Assembly (NCBI GenBank): GCA_965224485.1
Contig: CBDCZH010000010.1
Span: forward strand, 288,001 to 352,000
Origin: Arcobacteraceae bacterium
GTDB lineage: Bacteria; Campylobacterota; Campylobacteria; Campylobacterales; Arcobacteraceae
Length of the DNA stretch: 64,000 nucleotides
Reading direction: 5' to 3'
The notes beneath the pieces were generated by a model that saw only the letters and a program-made list of their open reading frames with translations, did no database searches and was not told the origin of the DNA. The position numbers and the translations under genes are program-made. Positions 1-9,559 of this stretch are shown here, piece after piece; position 1 is the stretch's first letter, and every line of letters starts with the position of its first letter.

Positions 1-32
1 ATTTTTTTAATTCTTATATCAAATATGAATTA

Positions 33-69
33 TTGACAGGTTTTTGTATTAATGGTATAATTATGTACA
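33..69 (+). promoter_or_regulatory. sigma70 promoter and probable YefM operator core
   Basis: TTGACA 33-38, 17 bp spacer, TGgTATAAT with -10 at 56-61; TGTACA palindrome 64-69 is the core of the E. coli yefM-yoeB operator. Confidence 0.75.
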
Positions 70-89
70 ATATAACGTAAGGAATATAT

Positions 90-341
90 ATGCAAGTATT
101 AAGTTTAACTGAAGCTCGAAATAATCTTAAGGCTGTCTTTGATAGTGTATATTTAGATAATGAGGAAGTAATAATTCATAGAAAAGGCAAAGAAAATGTT
201 GTGGTTATATCCTTTGATGAATATAATTCTATGAAAGAAACGAATTATTTATTAAATTCTCCTGCAAATAAAAAACAACTTTTAAATTCCTTAAAACAAC
301 TTAGAGATGATAAAGGTTTTCAAAGAGATATCATAGAATGA
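90..341 (+). CDS. yefM: Phd/YefM family antitoxin
   Basis: 83 aa; SLTEARNNLK N-terminus and ETNYLLNSPAN motif; overlaps downstream toxin. Confidence 0.9.
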   Translation: MQVLSLTEARNNLKAVFDSVYLDNEEVIIHRKGKENVVVISFDEYNSMKETNYLLNSPANKKQLLNSLKQLRDDKGFQRDIIE

Positions 342-592
342 ATATAATTTGGAGTGAAAATTCTTGGGATGAATATTTATTCTGGCAAACAAATGATAAA
401 AAAATTCTGAAAAAAATAAATTCCTTAATAAAAGATATTAAAAGAGATTCATACAATGGTCTTGGTAAATCTGAACCATTAAAATATGAATTAATAGGAT
501 GCTGGTCAAGACGAATTACAGATGAACATAGATTAGTTTATGAAGTTGTTGATTATAATCTTAATATAATTTCTTGCAAATACCATTATTAA
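338..592 (+). CDS. yoeB: Txe/YoeB family mRNA interferase toxin
   Basis: 84 aa; EPLKY, WSRRITDEHRLVY and C-terminal HY motifs. Confidence 0.92.
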   Translation: MNIIWSENSWDEYLFWQTNDKKILKKINSLIKDIKRDSYNGLGKSEPLKYELIGCWSRRITDEHRLVYEVVDYNLNIISCKYHY

Positions 593-603
593 AGGGATTA
601 ATT

Positions 604-1623
604 TTGAATTTTGAACACCAATTTCACTTCTTTGAGAGCAATTTTTTAATTTTTATTTTGATATTATTTCTTTTATCTTTTGTTTTAACTTATATTGTTA
701 AAGAAATTGCTATAAAAAAATCTTTATATGCCCAAGTTAGTGAAAGAAGTTCTCACAGTGTTGCTACTCCTCATGGTGGCGGAATTGCTCTTGCTTTGAC
801 TTGGTTTATTGGTATCACTTATTTATATTATACAAATGATATAAATTCTTCTTTATATTATGCTCTAATGGTGGGAATTATTATTTCTGTCGTTTCTTAT
901 TTTGATGACTTATTTGAACTTAGTGCAAAACTTAGATTAGCAGTACAGGCTTCTGTATCAATTCTTGGATTATACTTTTTAGGTGGATTAGAACAAATAG
1001 ATTTAATTGTATTTTCAATTGAAAATAGTGTTTTCACAAATGTATTTGCTTTTTTTCTTATTATTTGGTTTATTAATTTATATAATTTTTTAGATGGTAT
1101 TGATGGATATGCAGGAAGCCAAGCAGTTTTTTTAGGGCTTGCAGGATATATTATATTTGGTGATTCTCACTTTTTAGTTTTAATATCTGCAAGTCTTGGA
1201 TTCTTAGTATGGAACTGGCATAAAGCTAAAATATTTATGGGTGATGTTGGAAGTACACTGCTTGGTTATAATATTGCGATATTTACTATTTTTTATCAGA
1301 ATGCAAGTGCAGAAAATGAAGGCACTAGTATTTTACTTTGGATTACATTATTTGGAGTATTTGTATTTGATGCTACTTATACTCTAATAAGAAGAAAACT
1401 AAATGCGGAGAGTATCAGTACCGCACATAAAAAACATGCTTATCAACGTTTAGTTCAAAGTGGATTCTCTCATGATAAAGTTGTAATATATTCTATTTTT
1501 GTTAATATAACTCTATTTTTCATAGTTTATTTTATTTCAAATCTTTTAGTGTCTTTTAGTATTGCTTTTGTTTTATTATATTTTATTAATAGATTTGTAG
1601 ATAGTAAAAAAAGGTTTAAATAA
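604..1623 (+). CDS. MraY/WecA-like family 4 glycosyltransferase (WbpL-like undecaprenyl-phosphate sugar-1-P transferase)
   Basis: RSSH..TPHGGG, NFLDGIDG, IFMGDVGS motifs, multi-TM; start probably TTG 604 (ORF track starts at 574). Confidence 0.88.
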   Translation: MNFEHQFHFFESNFLIFILILFLLSFVLTYIVKEIAIKKSLYAQVSERSSHSVATPHGGGIALALTWFIGITYLYYTNDINSSLYYALMVGIIISVVSYFDDLFELSAKLRLAVQASVSILGLYFLGGLEQIDLIVFSIENSVFTNVFAFFLIIWFINLYNFLDGIDGYAGSQAVFLGLAGYIIFGDSHFLVLISASLGFLVWNWHKAKIFMGDVGSTLLGYNIAIFTIFYQNASAENEGTSILLWITLFGVFVFDATYTLIRRKLNAESISTAHKKHAYQRLVQSGFSHDKVVIYSIFVNITLFFIVYFISNLLVSFSIAFVLLYFINRFVDSKKRFK

Positions 1624-3353
1624 TGTTTGGTATTGATAAAAGAGTTTTAAATTTTGTAGTTATAATGTTATTAACATTTTTGACTTTTTCTTGGACATTT
1701 TTTATATTTAAGTATTCTTTTGATTATCAGATTATTCTTTTTGTTTTAGCCTTACGTTTTATTTCATCATTTCTTATTTTTAAAGATTATTCTCTTTCTT
1801 GGTCTAAAGCTTCTCAAAAAACATTTTTAATAAAAAGTATTGTTTATATTATTGCTTTCTTAGTTTATATGCCTTTTGTTTATACTTATTATAGACTGGC
1901 TTTCATGTTATCTGAACTTTTTTTATATATATTAACTATTAACTTTTTAATGTATTCTTATTATTACTTTACTAATAAAAGTAAAATTAAGAAAGATAAA
2001 CTTATTGTTATTTATGGAGCTGGAGAGGCTGGGCTAAAATTAAAAGAGGAGTATAAAAATTCTTCTTTTAAAGTTAAATATTTTATTGATGATGATAAAA
2101 CTTTACAAAAACGTACAATTGATGGTATTAAAATACTTTCACAAAAAGAATTTAGACGAGTTTTAAAAAATGATACTTGCGATTTGTTAGTGATAGCTCT
2201 TCCTTCTATTTCAAAAAATAGGGTTAAAATAATATATACAAGGCTTCAAAAATATTTTAATGAAGTTAAAATTTTACCATCTTTAAAAGATATTTTACAA
2301 GAGAAAAGTTTTTCGGCTCAACTTCATAATGTTTCTGTTGAAGATTTGTTAGCTCGGTATCCAAAAGATTTGGATACCGAACAAATAGCAACTTTTATAA
2401 ACAATAAAATTGTTTTAATTACAGGAGCTGGTGGAAGTATTGGTTCTGAAATATCAAAACAATGTTTAAAATATGGGGCCAAAGAGCTAATTTTAGTTGA
2501 TCATAGTGAAATTAATTTATATACTATTGACCAAGAGTTAAATTCTAAAAAAGTTTCTACTATTATGTTAAGTATTGTAAATCTTGAATTATTGCGAAAA
2601 ACTTTTTTAAAGTATAAGCCTGAAATTGTTATTCATGCTGCTGCTTATAAACATGTTCCTTTGTGTGAAGATAATATTAATTCTGCAATTTTAAATAATG
2701 TTATAGGAACTAAAAATGTTATGGATACTGCCATTGAATTTGAAGTACAAAAAGTTGTAATGATTTCAACTGACAAAGCAGTACGACCTACAAATGTAAT
2801 GGGTACTACTAAAAGAATATGCGAATTGTATGCTCAAAATCTAAATTCTAAGAGCACTGAAATAGTTGCAGTTAGATTTGGAAATGTTTTAGGTTCTTCT
2901 GGTTCAGTTATTCCAAAATTTAAAGAACAAATAGCCTTAGGTGGCCCTATAACTGTTACACATAAAGATATTACTAGATATTTCATGCTAATTCCAGAAG
3001 CTTGTGAACTTGTGCTTCAAGCTGCTTCTCTTGGACGTGGTGGAGAAATCTTTATACTTGATATGGGGGAACCTATTAAAATAGTAAATTTAGCTAAAAG
3101 AATGATTGAACTCTCCGGTGCTAGTGATATTAAAATAAAGTTTGTTGGTTTAAGACCTGGAGAGAAACTTTATGAAGAGTTATTAATTGATGACTCTAAT
3201 GCTAAAACAAAATATGAGTCAATCACTGTTGCAAAAACTTCTTTTTATGATATAAAAAAACTAAATGAAGATATAAAAGAACTCTGTACAAGCTTAAATC
3301 AGCTAGAAAAATTAAAAGAAATAGTTCCTGAGTTTAATCATATGAAAAATTAA
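1623..3353 (+). CDS. pglF: UDP-GlcNAc 4,6-dehydratase (PglF/CapD/WbpM family)
   Basis: N-terminal TM helices; TGAGGSIG, HAAAYKHVP, STDKAV, GLRPGEKLYEEL. Confidence 0.88.
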   Translation: MFGIDKRVLNFVVIMLLTFLTFSWTFFIFKYSFDYQIILFVLALRFISSFLIFKDYSLSWSKASQKTFLIKSIVYIIAFLVYMPFVYTYYRLAFMLSELFLYILTINFLMYSYYYFTNKSKIKKDKLIVIYGAGEAGLKLKEEYKNSSFKVKYFIDDDKTLQKRTIDGIKILSQKEFRRVLKNDTCDLLVIALPSISKNRVKIIYTRLQKYFNEVKILPSLKDILQEKSFSAQLHNVSVEDLLARYPKDLDTEQIATFINNKIVLITGAGGSIGSEISKQCLKYGAKELILVDHSEINLYTIDQELNSKKVSTIMLSIVNLELLRKTFLKYKPEIVIHAAAYKHVPLCEDNINSAILNNVIGTKNVMDTAIEFEVQKVVMISTDKAVRPTNVMGTTKRICELYAQNLNSKSTEIVAVRFGNVLGSSGSVIPKFKEQIALGGPITVTHKDITRYFMLIPEACELVLQAASLGRGGEIFILDMGEPIKIVNLAKRMIELSGASDIKIKFVGLRPGEKLYEELLIDDSNAKTKYESITVAKTSFYDIKKLNEDIKELCTSLNQLEKLKEIVPEFNHMKN

Positions 3354-3398
3354 TAAGAGAAATGATATAATTTTTTAAATTATTTTATTGGAATTATT

Positions 3399-3818
3399 AT
3401 GAACAAAATTGGAACTATTAAAAAGCCTAAAAAAGCTTTTACACTTTTGGAACTTATCTTTTCTATTGTTATTATATCTATTGTTTCAAGTATTGCAATT
3501 CCTAAGTTTATGGATATAAGAAATAATGCCTTAGCTTCAACTGTTAAAAGCGATATGAACTCTATTATTACCTCAATACAGACTTCTTATTTAATAAATG
3601 GAACAATTGATAAGATTTCTGATGTTATTACTTTAAATGGCACTATTTGGAAACTTGAAGATAAAAGAGTTATATTTAAAGATAAAGAAAATGATTGTAT
3701 AATAATTGAAATTTTAGATACTTCCGATATTCAAGTTATTATTGATGAAAGTACTAGTAGTACTTGTGAAAAGTTAAAAGATTTAGGCATTGTAAATAGA
3801 ACTTATTCTTTGTACTAA
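3399..3818 (+). CDS. prepilin-type N-terminal cleavage/methylation domain protein
   Basis: KKAFTLLELIF followed by hydrophobic helix and AIPKF. Confidence 0.85.
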   Translation: MNKIGTIKKPKKAFTLLELIFSIVIISIVSSIAIPKFMDIRNNALASTVKSDMNSIITSIQTSYLINGTIDKISDVITLNGTIWKLEDKRVIFKDKENDCIIIEILDTSDIQVIIDESTSSTCEKLKDLGIVNRTYSLY

Positions 3819-3868
3819 GTTGTGATGTATGTATCAATCAAATCATTAAAAGCACAAAAGAGAGTTAA

Positions 3869-4429
3869 ATGAAAAAAGAAACTATTAACTATAAACCAAA
3901 AACCATAAACCAAAAGGCAGTCTTCCTAGACAGAGATGGTGTTATAAATATTGAAAAAAACTACTTATATAAAATAGAAGATTTTGAGTTTGTTTCTGGT
4001 GTATTTGAAAATTTAAAATATCTTCAAGATCAAGGTTTTTTACTTTTTATCATAACAAATCAATCAGGAATAGCAAGAGAATATTATAGCTTAGAGGATT
4101 TTGATATTTTAACATCTTGGATGAAAAAAGAGTTTGCAAAAGAAAATATTAAAATATCTCAAGTTGAACTTTGTCCTCATATACCTGAAAATAAGTGTGA
4201 ATGTAGAAAACCAAAAACACAAATGATAAAAAATATACAAAAAAATTATGATATTGACTTAGAAAACTCTTGGTTAATAGGGGATAAAAGCTCAGATATA
4301 TTATGTGCAAAAAATGCGAATATTAAAAATACGATACAAGTAAAATCAGGACATAAATTTAAAGAAGAAGACTCACTAGCTGATCATATCTGTACTTCAA
4401 TAGCGAATATAAAAGAAATAATAAAATAA
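3869..4429 (+). CDS. gmhB: D-glycero-D-manno-heptose 1,7-bisphosphate phosphatase
   Basis: FLDRDGVIN, TNQSGI, CPH...CECRKP. Confidence 0.92.
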   Translation: MKKETINYKPKTINQKAVFLDRDGVINIEKNYLYKIEDFEFVSGVFENLKYLQDQGFLLFIITNQSGIAREYYSLEDFDILTSWMKKEFAKENIKISQVELCPHIPENKCECRKPKTQMIKNIQKNYDIDLENSWLIGDKSSDILCAKNANIKNTIQVKSGHKFKEEDSLADHICTSIANIKEIIK

Positions 4430-4460
4430 ACTTGACAAAGCACTCATGAAATGTCAAAAT

Positions 4461-4523
4461 CTACCAACTACCAACTACCAACTACCAACTACCAACTACC
4501 AACTACCAACTACCAACTACCAA
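4461..4523. repeat. perfect heptamer tandem repeat (CTACCAA)x9, followed by degenerate units to about 4541
   Basis: read directly; lies between convergent gmhB and ligase stop codons. Confidence 0.97.
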
Positions 4524-4538
4524 CTTACAAACTATAAA

Positions 4539-5336
4539 CTACTCACTAAGCCTAATTCTCTTATAAGATGCAAATCTAGGAATTCCATTTTTATTTAATC
4601 TTAGATATTTAAACGTTACAATATCCCCAATTTTAGGAGGATTGATTCTTTCTTTTTTTGTAAAACCACTTCCTACTTTAAAAATAGCTCCACTTTTTAA
4701 TCTAAGGCTTAAACTTTTCATCAGATGTTTTGTATAGTTTATTTTTATAACTTCACCTTCCATATCTTTATAGATATGAACTTTTAAGGAATTTGAACTT
4801 CTTTTTGTTATATAAGGTAAGTTAGGATTTTTTACAATTAAACCTTCTCCATCTAGTTTTAAAACTTCTTCCAAATAAGAGTATAGATGTTTTTTATCTT
4901 TACATATAGTTTGTTTTACAATTTTTACATTTTTATTCTTATTATTTTTAAACCAATTTCTTATTTTTTTTAATCTTTTTTTAAAATCACCTTTACTTTT
5001 AGGCGCTTCAAAAATATTATAAGTGATTTCTCTCCAGTGCAAGCTTGGTGTTTTATCTAAAACAATACTTTGGATATTTTCAAAATCATTTCTTTTAGTC
5101 CATAGTTCACCATCTAAAGGAAAATTTGGAAAGTTTTTAGAAAAACTTAAAGGGGCGTGTATTCTATTTCCATTTTTACTTAAAAATTCTTTTCCATTCC
5201 AATATGCTCTAATACCATCAAGTTTTTCGCTCATATACCAACCTTTGGTATCTTGGTTTTGATATTGTTTTGGTTTTTCAATTTCTAAACTAAATAAACT
5301 AAGTTGTATTATAAGAAGTAAAATGATCTTTTTCAT
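4539..5336 (-). CDS. minimal ATP-dependent DNA ligase with signal peptide (Lig E type)
   Basis: SEKLDGIRA, LDGELW, EGLIVK, GSGF, PRF motifs; N-terminal MKK plus hydrophobic stretch. Confidence 0.9.
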   Translation of the reverse strand: MKKIILLLIIQLSLFSLEIEKPKQYQNQDTKGWYMSEKLDGIRAYWNGKEFLSKNGNRIHAPLSFSKNFPNFPLDGELWTKRNDFENIQSIVLDKTPSLHWREITYNIFEAPKSKGDFKKRLKKIRNWFKNNKNKNVKIVKQTICKDKKHLYSYLEEVLKLDGEGLIVKNPNLPYITKRSSNSLKVHIYKDMEGEVIKINYTKHLMKSLSLRLKSGAIFKVGSGFTKKERINPPKIGDIVTFKYLRLNKNGIPRFASYKRIRLSE

Positions 5337-5447
5337 TAAATTACCTTGTAAAGTTTGTATTTATATATCTTATCTAATTTTTATTATAAAGGCATAATGC
5401 TTTTTTAGTTAAAATAATTATCTTTAATGATAACAGTGAGGTACAAA

Positions 5448-6467
5448 ATGATATACAATGATATAGATTATAATAATAAAACTATTTTAATAACAGGAGC
5501 GGCAGGATTTATTGGCTCAAATATTTGCTTTTACTTTCAAAATAACTTTCCTAATGCAAATATCATAGTTCTTGATTGTTTTAGATCAGGAGAAACTTTA
5601 AAGAATGGAAACTTAAAAAGTTTTGGACATTATGAAAACTTACTTGGATTTACAGGTCAAGTTATAAGTGCTGATATAAATGATGAGAAAACTATGTATG
5701 ATTTAGAAAATGATTTTTGTTTTGATTATATTTTTCATGAAGCTGCTATTTCTGATACAACAGTTTCTGAGCAAGATTTGATGATAAAAACAAATGTTAA
5801 TGCTTATGAAAACTTACTGAAAATTGCTATTAAACATAAGGCTAATATGATTTATGCAAGTTCAGCTGCAACATATGGTGATGCATCAAGTCCTCAAAGT
5901 GTAGGTGATGAAAACCCTGGAAATGTATATGGTTTTTCAAAATTAATGATGGATAATATTACTTATAAGTATTTAAAACAAGATTTAGATATTTCAATAG
6001 TAGGTCTTAGGTATTTTAATGTTTATGGATCAAGAGAGTTTTATAAAAATAAAACAGCTTCAACGGTTATACAATTTGGTCATCAAATCTTAGCAGGACT
6101 TACTCCAACACTTTTTGAAAATAGTGATAAGATTTTAAGAGATTTTATACATATTGAAGATGTAATACAAGCAAACATAAAAGCTAGTAATCCTAAGAAG
6201 TCTGGAGTTTATAATGTAGGAACTGGAAAAGCTAGATCTTTCCAAGATATTGCAGATATACTACAAACACAATTAGGTACATCTTTGGGTACAAAGTATA
6301 TTCCTAATCCTTTTATAGGCCAATATCAATTTCATACCCAAGCTAATATTGATGATACTGTAAAATATTTAGACTATAACCCTAGAATTGAGATGGAAGA
6401 GGGAATTTCTTTATATTTAGAAGAGATTAAGAGATTATATACAAAACATAAACAACAAAAAAACTAA
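5448..6467 (+). CDS. hldD: ADP-L-glycero-D-manno-heptose 6-epimerase
   Basis: TGAAGFIGS, YASSAATYG, YGFSK, RYFNVYG; start probably 5448 after GAGG. Confidence 0.92.
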   Translation: MIYNDIDYNNKTILITGAAGFIGSNICFYFQNNFPNANIIVLDCFRSGETLKNGNLKSFGHYENLLGFTGQVISADINDEKTMYDLENDFCFDYIFHEAAISDTTVSEQDLMIKTNVNAYENLLKIAIKHKANMIYASSAATYGDASSPQSVGDENPGNVYGFSKLMMDNITYKYLKQDLDISIVGLRYFNVYGSREFYKNKTASTVIQFGHQILAGLTPTLFENSDKILRDFIHIEDVIQANIKASNPKKSGVYNVGTGKARSFQDIADILQTQLGTSLGTKYIPNPFIGQYQFHTQANIDDTVKYLDYNPRIEMEEGISLYLEEIKRLYTKHKQQKN

Positions 6468-6477
6468 AAGAGATAAT

Positions 6478-7911
6478 ATGGAAAAAATTTTAGAAAGTAT
6501 TGATAAACCAAGTATTTTAGTAATTGGCGATTTAATGATTGATCATTATTTATGGGGTTCTTGTGATAGAATTTCCCCAGAAGCTCCTGTTCCTATTATA
6601 GATATTAAAAGTGAAACAACTGTTTTAGGTGGAGCTGGTAATGTTATTAACAACTTACTTACTTTAGGTGCCAATGTTGGTGTTTTATCTGTTGTTGGAG
6701 ATGATGAAGTTGCAAATGAATTAAAATATCTTATAGATGCAACTGATGCAAAAAGTTATTTGATTTTACAAAAAGGAAGATCTACTTCTAAAAAATCAAG
6801 AATTATGGCTGCTAAGTCTCAAATTGTACGATATGACCATGAGAGTAAAAACAATGTATCTTTTGATAGTGCAAATAAACTTTACGCTAAATTACAGCAA
6901 ATTATAAATGCTTATGACATAATTTTATTATCAGATTATGGAAAAGGTATTTTAACAAAACATCTAACAAAAGATATTATTTCATATGCTAATAAATTAA
7001 ATAAAAAAGTAATAGTTGATCCTAAGGGTGAAGATTATTCTAAGTACAAAGGTGCTTATTTCTTAACTCCAAATAAAAAAGAAGCAGAAATTGCAACAGG
7101 AGTGAAAATAGAAGATGATGATAGTTTAAAATTATGCTTAGAAACATTAAAAAATAACTCAAAGCTTCATTATTCTGTAATTACTCTAAGTGAGCAAGGA
7201 ATTTCGGTTTTAGATGATAATAAGGTAACGGTTAAACCTACAGTTGCAAGAGAAGTTTATGATGTAACAGGAGCAGGTGATACTGTATTAGCCTCTTTAG
7301 GATATGCCTTATCTTTAAATGTTGATATTTACTCAGCAATAGAGTTTGCAAATCTAGCAGCTGGTGTTGTTGTTGGAAAACTAGGAAGTGCAACTGTTAC
7401 TCTAGAAGAAATAGAAGAGTATAAAGCTTCTTTACATAAGGGCTCAATTGATTTACATATCAAAACTAGAAAAGAGATTAAAAAAATATCTAAAAGATTA
7501 CGTGAGCAAAATAAAAAAGTAGTTTTTACAAATGGATGTTTTGATATTTTACATAAAGGTCATGTATCTTATTTAAATAAGGCAAAATCTTTTGGAGATA
7601 TTTTAATTTTAGGACTTAATTCGGACTCGTCTGTAAAAAGGTTAAAAGGTGAAAATCGTCCTATTAATTCTCAAGAAGATAGAGCATATATCTTATGTGC
7701 CCTAGAAAGTGTTGATTATGTTGTTATATTTGATGAAGATACCCCTTATGAACTTATTTCAAGAGTTAAACCTGATGTTTTAGTTAAAGGTGCTGATTAT
7801 GAAGGTAAAGTTGTAGTTGGTTGTGATATTGCAAAAGAGACTAAATTAGTGTCTTTTGTAGATGGCAAAAGTACAACATCAATGATAGATAGAATTTTAG
7901 GAAATAATTAA
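6478..7911 (+). CDS. hldE: bifunctional heptose 7-phosphate kinase / heptose 1-phosphate adenylyltransferase
   Basis: [29 protein letters not shown]. Confidence 0.95.
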   Translation: MEKILESIDKPSILVIGDLMIDHYLWGSCDRISPEAPVPIIDIKSETTVLGGAGNVINNLLTLGANVGVLSVVGDDEVANELKYLIDATDAKSYLILQKGRSTSKKSRIMAAKSQIVRYDHESKNNVSFDSANKLYAKLQQIINAYDIILLSDYGKGILTKHLTKDIISYANKLNKKVIVDPKGEDYSKYKGAYFLTPNKKEAEIATGVKIEDDDSLKLCLETLKNNSKLHYSVITLSEQGISVLDDNKVTVKPTVAREVYDVTGAGDTVLASLGYALSLNVDIYSAIEFANLAAGVVVGKLGSATVTLEEIEEYKASLHKGSIDLHIKTRKEIKKISKRLREQNKKVVFTNGCFDILHKGHVSYLNKAKSFGDILILGLNSDSSVKRLKGENRPINSQEDRAYILCALESVDYVVIFDEDTPYELISRVKPDVLVKGADYEGKVVVGCDIAKETKLVSFVDGKSTTSMIDRILGNN

Positions 7912-8480
7912 TGAAAAACCTTATAAAAGAAGAGTTTGACTCTCACTTAGAAACCATACAAAAAGTTATATCTACTATGGGTGAACCTTTAGAAGAAGCA
8001 GGTAAATTATTAGTAGAAACATTAAAAGCTGGTAATAAAATCTTATTTTTTGGAAATGGTGGAAGTGCTGCTGATGCCCAACATTTAGCCGCTGAGTTAA
8101 CTGGACGTTATAAGACTGAGCGAAAAGGACTACCTGGTATTGCACTTACGACTGATACTTCTGCTTTAACTGCTATTGCAAATGATTATGGTTATGATGT
8201 TGTTTTTTCAAGACAAGTAGAAGCTCTAGCTTTGAAAGGTGATTTATTATTAGGTATTTCAACTTCAGGAAACTCAAAAAATGTTATAAATGCTTTTAAA
8301 GTAGGACGTGAACTTGGCTGTAAAACTATAGGTTTTAGTGGTCGAGATGGAGGAGAGATGAATGAATACTGTGATATTAATTTAGTAGTTCCTTCAAATA
8401 ATACTCCCCGAATTCAAGAAATGCATATACTTTTTGGTCATACACTTTGCCAAATAATTGATAATGCTTTTGATGAATAA
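7911..8480 (+). CDS. gmhA: phosphoheptose isomerase
   Basis: [23 protein letters not shown]. Confidence 0.95.
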   Translation: MKNLIKEEFDSHLETIQKVISTMGEPLEEAGKLLVETLKAGNKILFFGNGGSAADAQHLAAELTGRYKTERKGLPGIALTTDTSALTAIANDYGYDVVFSRQVEALALKGDLLLGISTSGNSKNVINAFKVGRELGCKTIGFSGRDGGEMNEYCDINLVVPSNNTPRIQEMHILFGHTLCQIIDNAFDE

Positions 8481-8544
8481 TTGTTGGTTTATAGTTTAAT
8501 CGTTGATGGTTGATAGTAAAAATATATAAAATTTAGGAAATAAA

Positions 8545-9087
8545 ATGACCTTAAGTATAGAAGATAAAGAGATTATAAATAAAGCAATAAGAGATATACC
8601 TGATTTTCCTAAAGAAGGAATAGTTTTTAAAGATATTACTACTTTACTTAATGATAAAGTTGCTTACCAAACATTGATGAATCATTTAGAATCAAGATAT
8701 AAGTCTTATAATTTAGAGTATATTGCTGGTATTGATGCTAGAGGTTTTATTTTTGGAGCTGCTTTAGCAGATAGATTAAAAATCGGTTTTGTTCCTATAA
8801 GAAAGAAAGGAAAACTTCCTTCAACTACTGTTTGTGAAAAGTATGAGCTAGAATATGGTTTTGATGAGGTAGAAGTTCATCTTGATGCCTTTCCTATAAA
8901 AGGTGCGAATGTTCTTTTAATTGATGACTTATTGGCAACTGGTGGAACAGCAAGAGCGGCTGCTAAATTAATTAAGAAATTAGATGTAAACTTAGTAGAA
9001 GCGTGTTTTTTAATAAACTTAACTTTTTTAGAAGGGTCTAAGAAAGTTGAAGAATTTACAGATGTTTATTCTATTTTAGAGCTTTAG
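8545..9087 (+). CDS. apt: adenine phosphoribosyltransferase
   Basis: [24 protein letters not shown]. Confidence 0.95.
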   Translation: MTLSIEDKEIINKAIRDIPDFPKEGIVFKDITTLLNDKVAYQTLMNHLESRYKSYNLEYIAGIDARGFIFGAALADRLKIGFVPIRKKGKLPSTTVCEKYELEYGFDEVEVHLDAFPIKGANVLLIDDLLATGGTARAAAKLIKKLDVNLVEACFLINLTFLEGSKKVEEFTDVYSILEL

Positions 9088-9100
9088 TTTTGGTGATTGT

Positions 9101-9148
9101 AGGTTTTGAAGTTTATAAGTTTTTAAGTTAGTAAGTTTTTAGCTTAGT
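9101..9148. repeat. six degenerate octamers, consensus AAGTTTTT
   Basis: aggttttg aagtttat aagttttt aagttagt aagttttt agcttagt. Confidence 0.85.
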
Positions 9149-9184
9149 GATTGCTGCTTTTAAGTTTTTTATTTAGGAGATGAT

Positions 9185-9559
9185 TTGGCTGGATGGAGAG
9201 AGTTAATAGTTTGGCAAAAAAGCCATAAGTTAGTTTTAGATATTTATACTCTTATAACTAAATTTCCTAGTTCTGAAAAGTTTGCTATTTGTGACCAACT
9301 TAAACGATCAGCTTATAGTGTTCCTTCTAATATTGTTGAAGGACATGCTAAAAACTCTAGTAAAGATTTTTTAAGATATTTATATATATCAAGAGGTTCT
9401 TTAGAAGAATTAAGATATTTTGTATTTTTATCTTTTGAACTTAATTATATAAATCAAAAAAGTTATTCAAATATTGAGATAAAGATTGAAGAGATTAGTA
9501 AACTATTAAATAGTTTTATAAAAAGTATTAAAATCAAGGAAAAAAATGGCACACAATGA
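9185..9559 (+). CDS. four helix bundle protein (23S rRNA IVS protein/Avd-like family)
   Basis: [38 protein letters not shown] start after AGGAG. Confidence 0.9.
   Translation: MAGWRELIVWQKSHKLVLDIYTLITKFPSSEKFAICDQLKRSAYSVPSNIVEGHAKNSSKDFLRYLYISRGSLEELRYFVFLSFELNYINQKSYSNIEIKIEEISKLLNSFIKSIKIKEKNGTQ

Noticed and set aside
9185..9559. Diversity-generating retroelement (Avd-like protein)
   Set aside because: No reverse transcriptase and no TR/VR pair differing at adenines in the window
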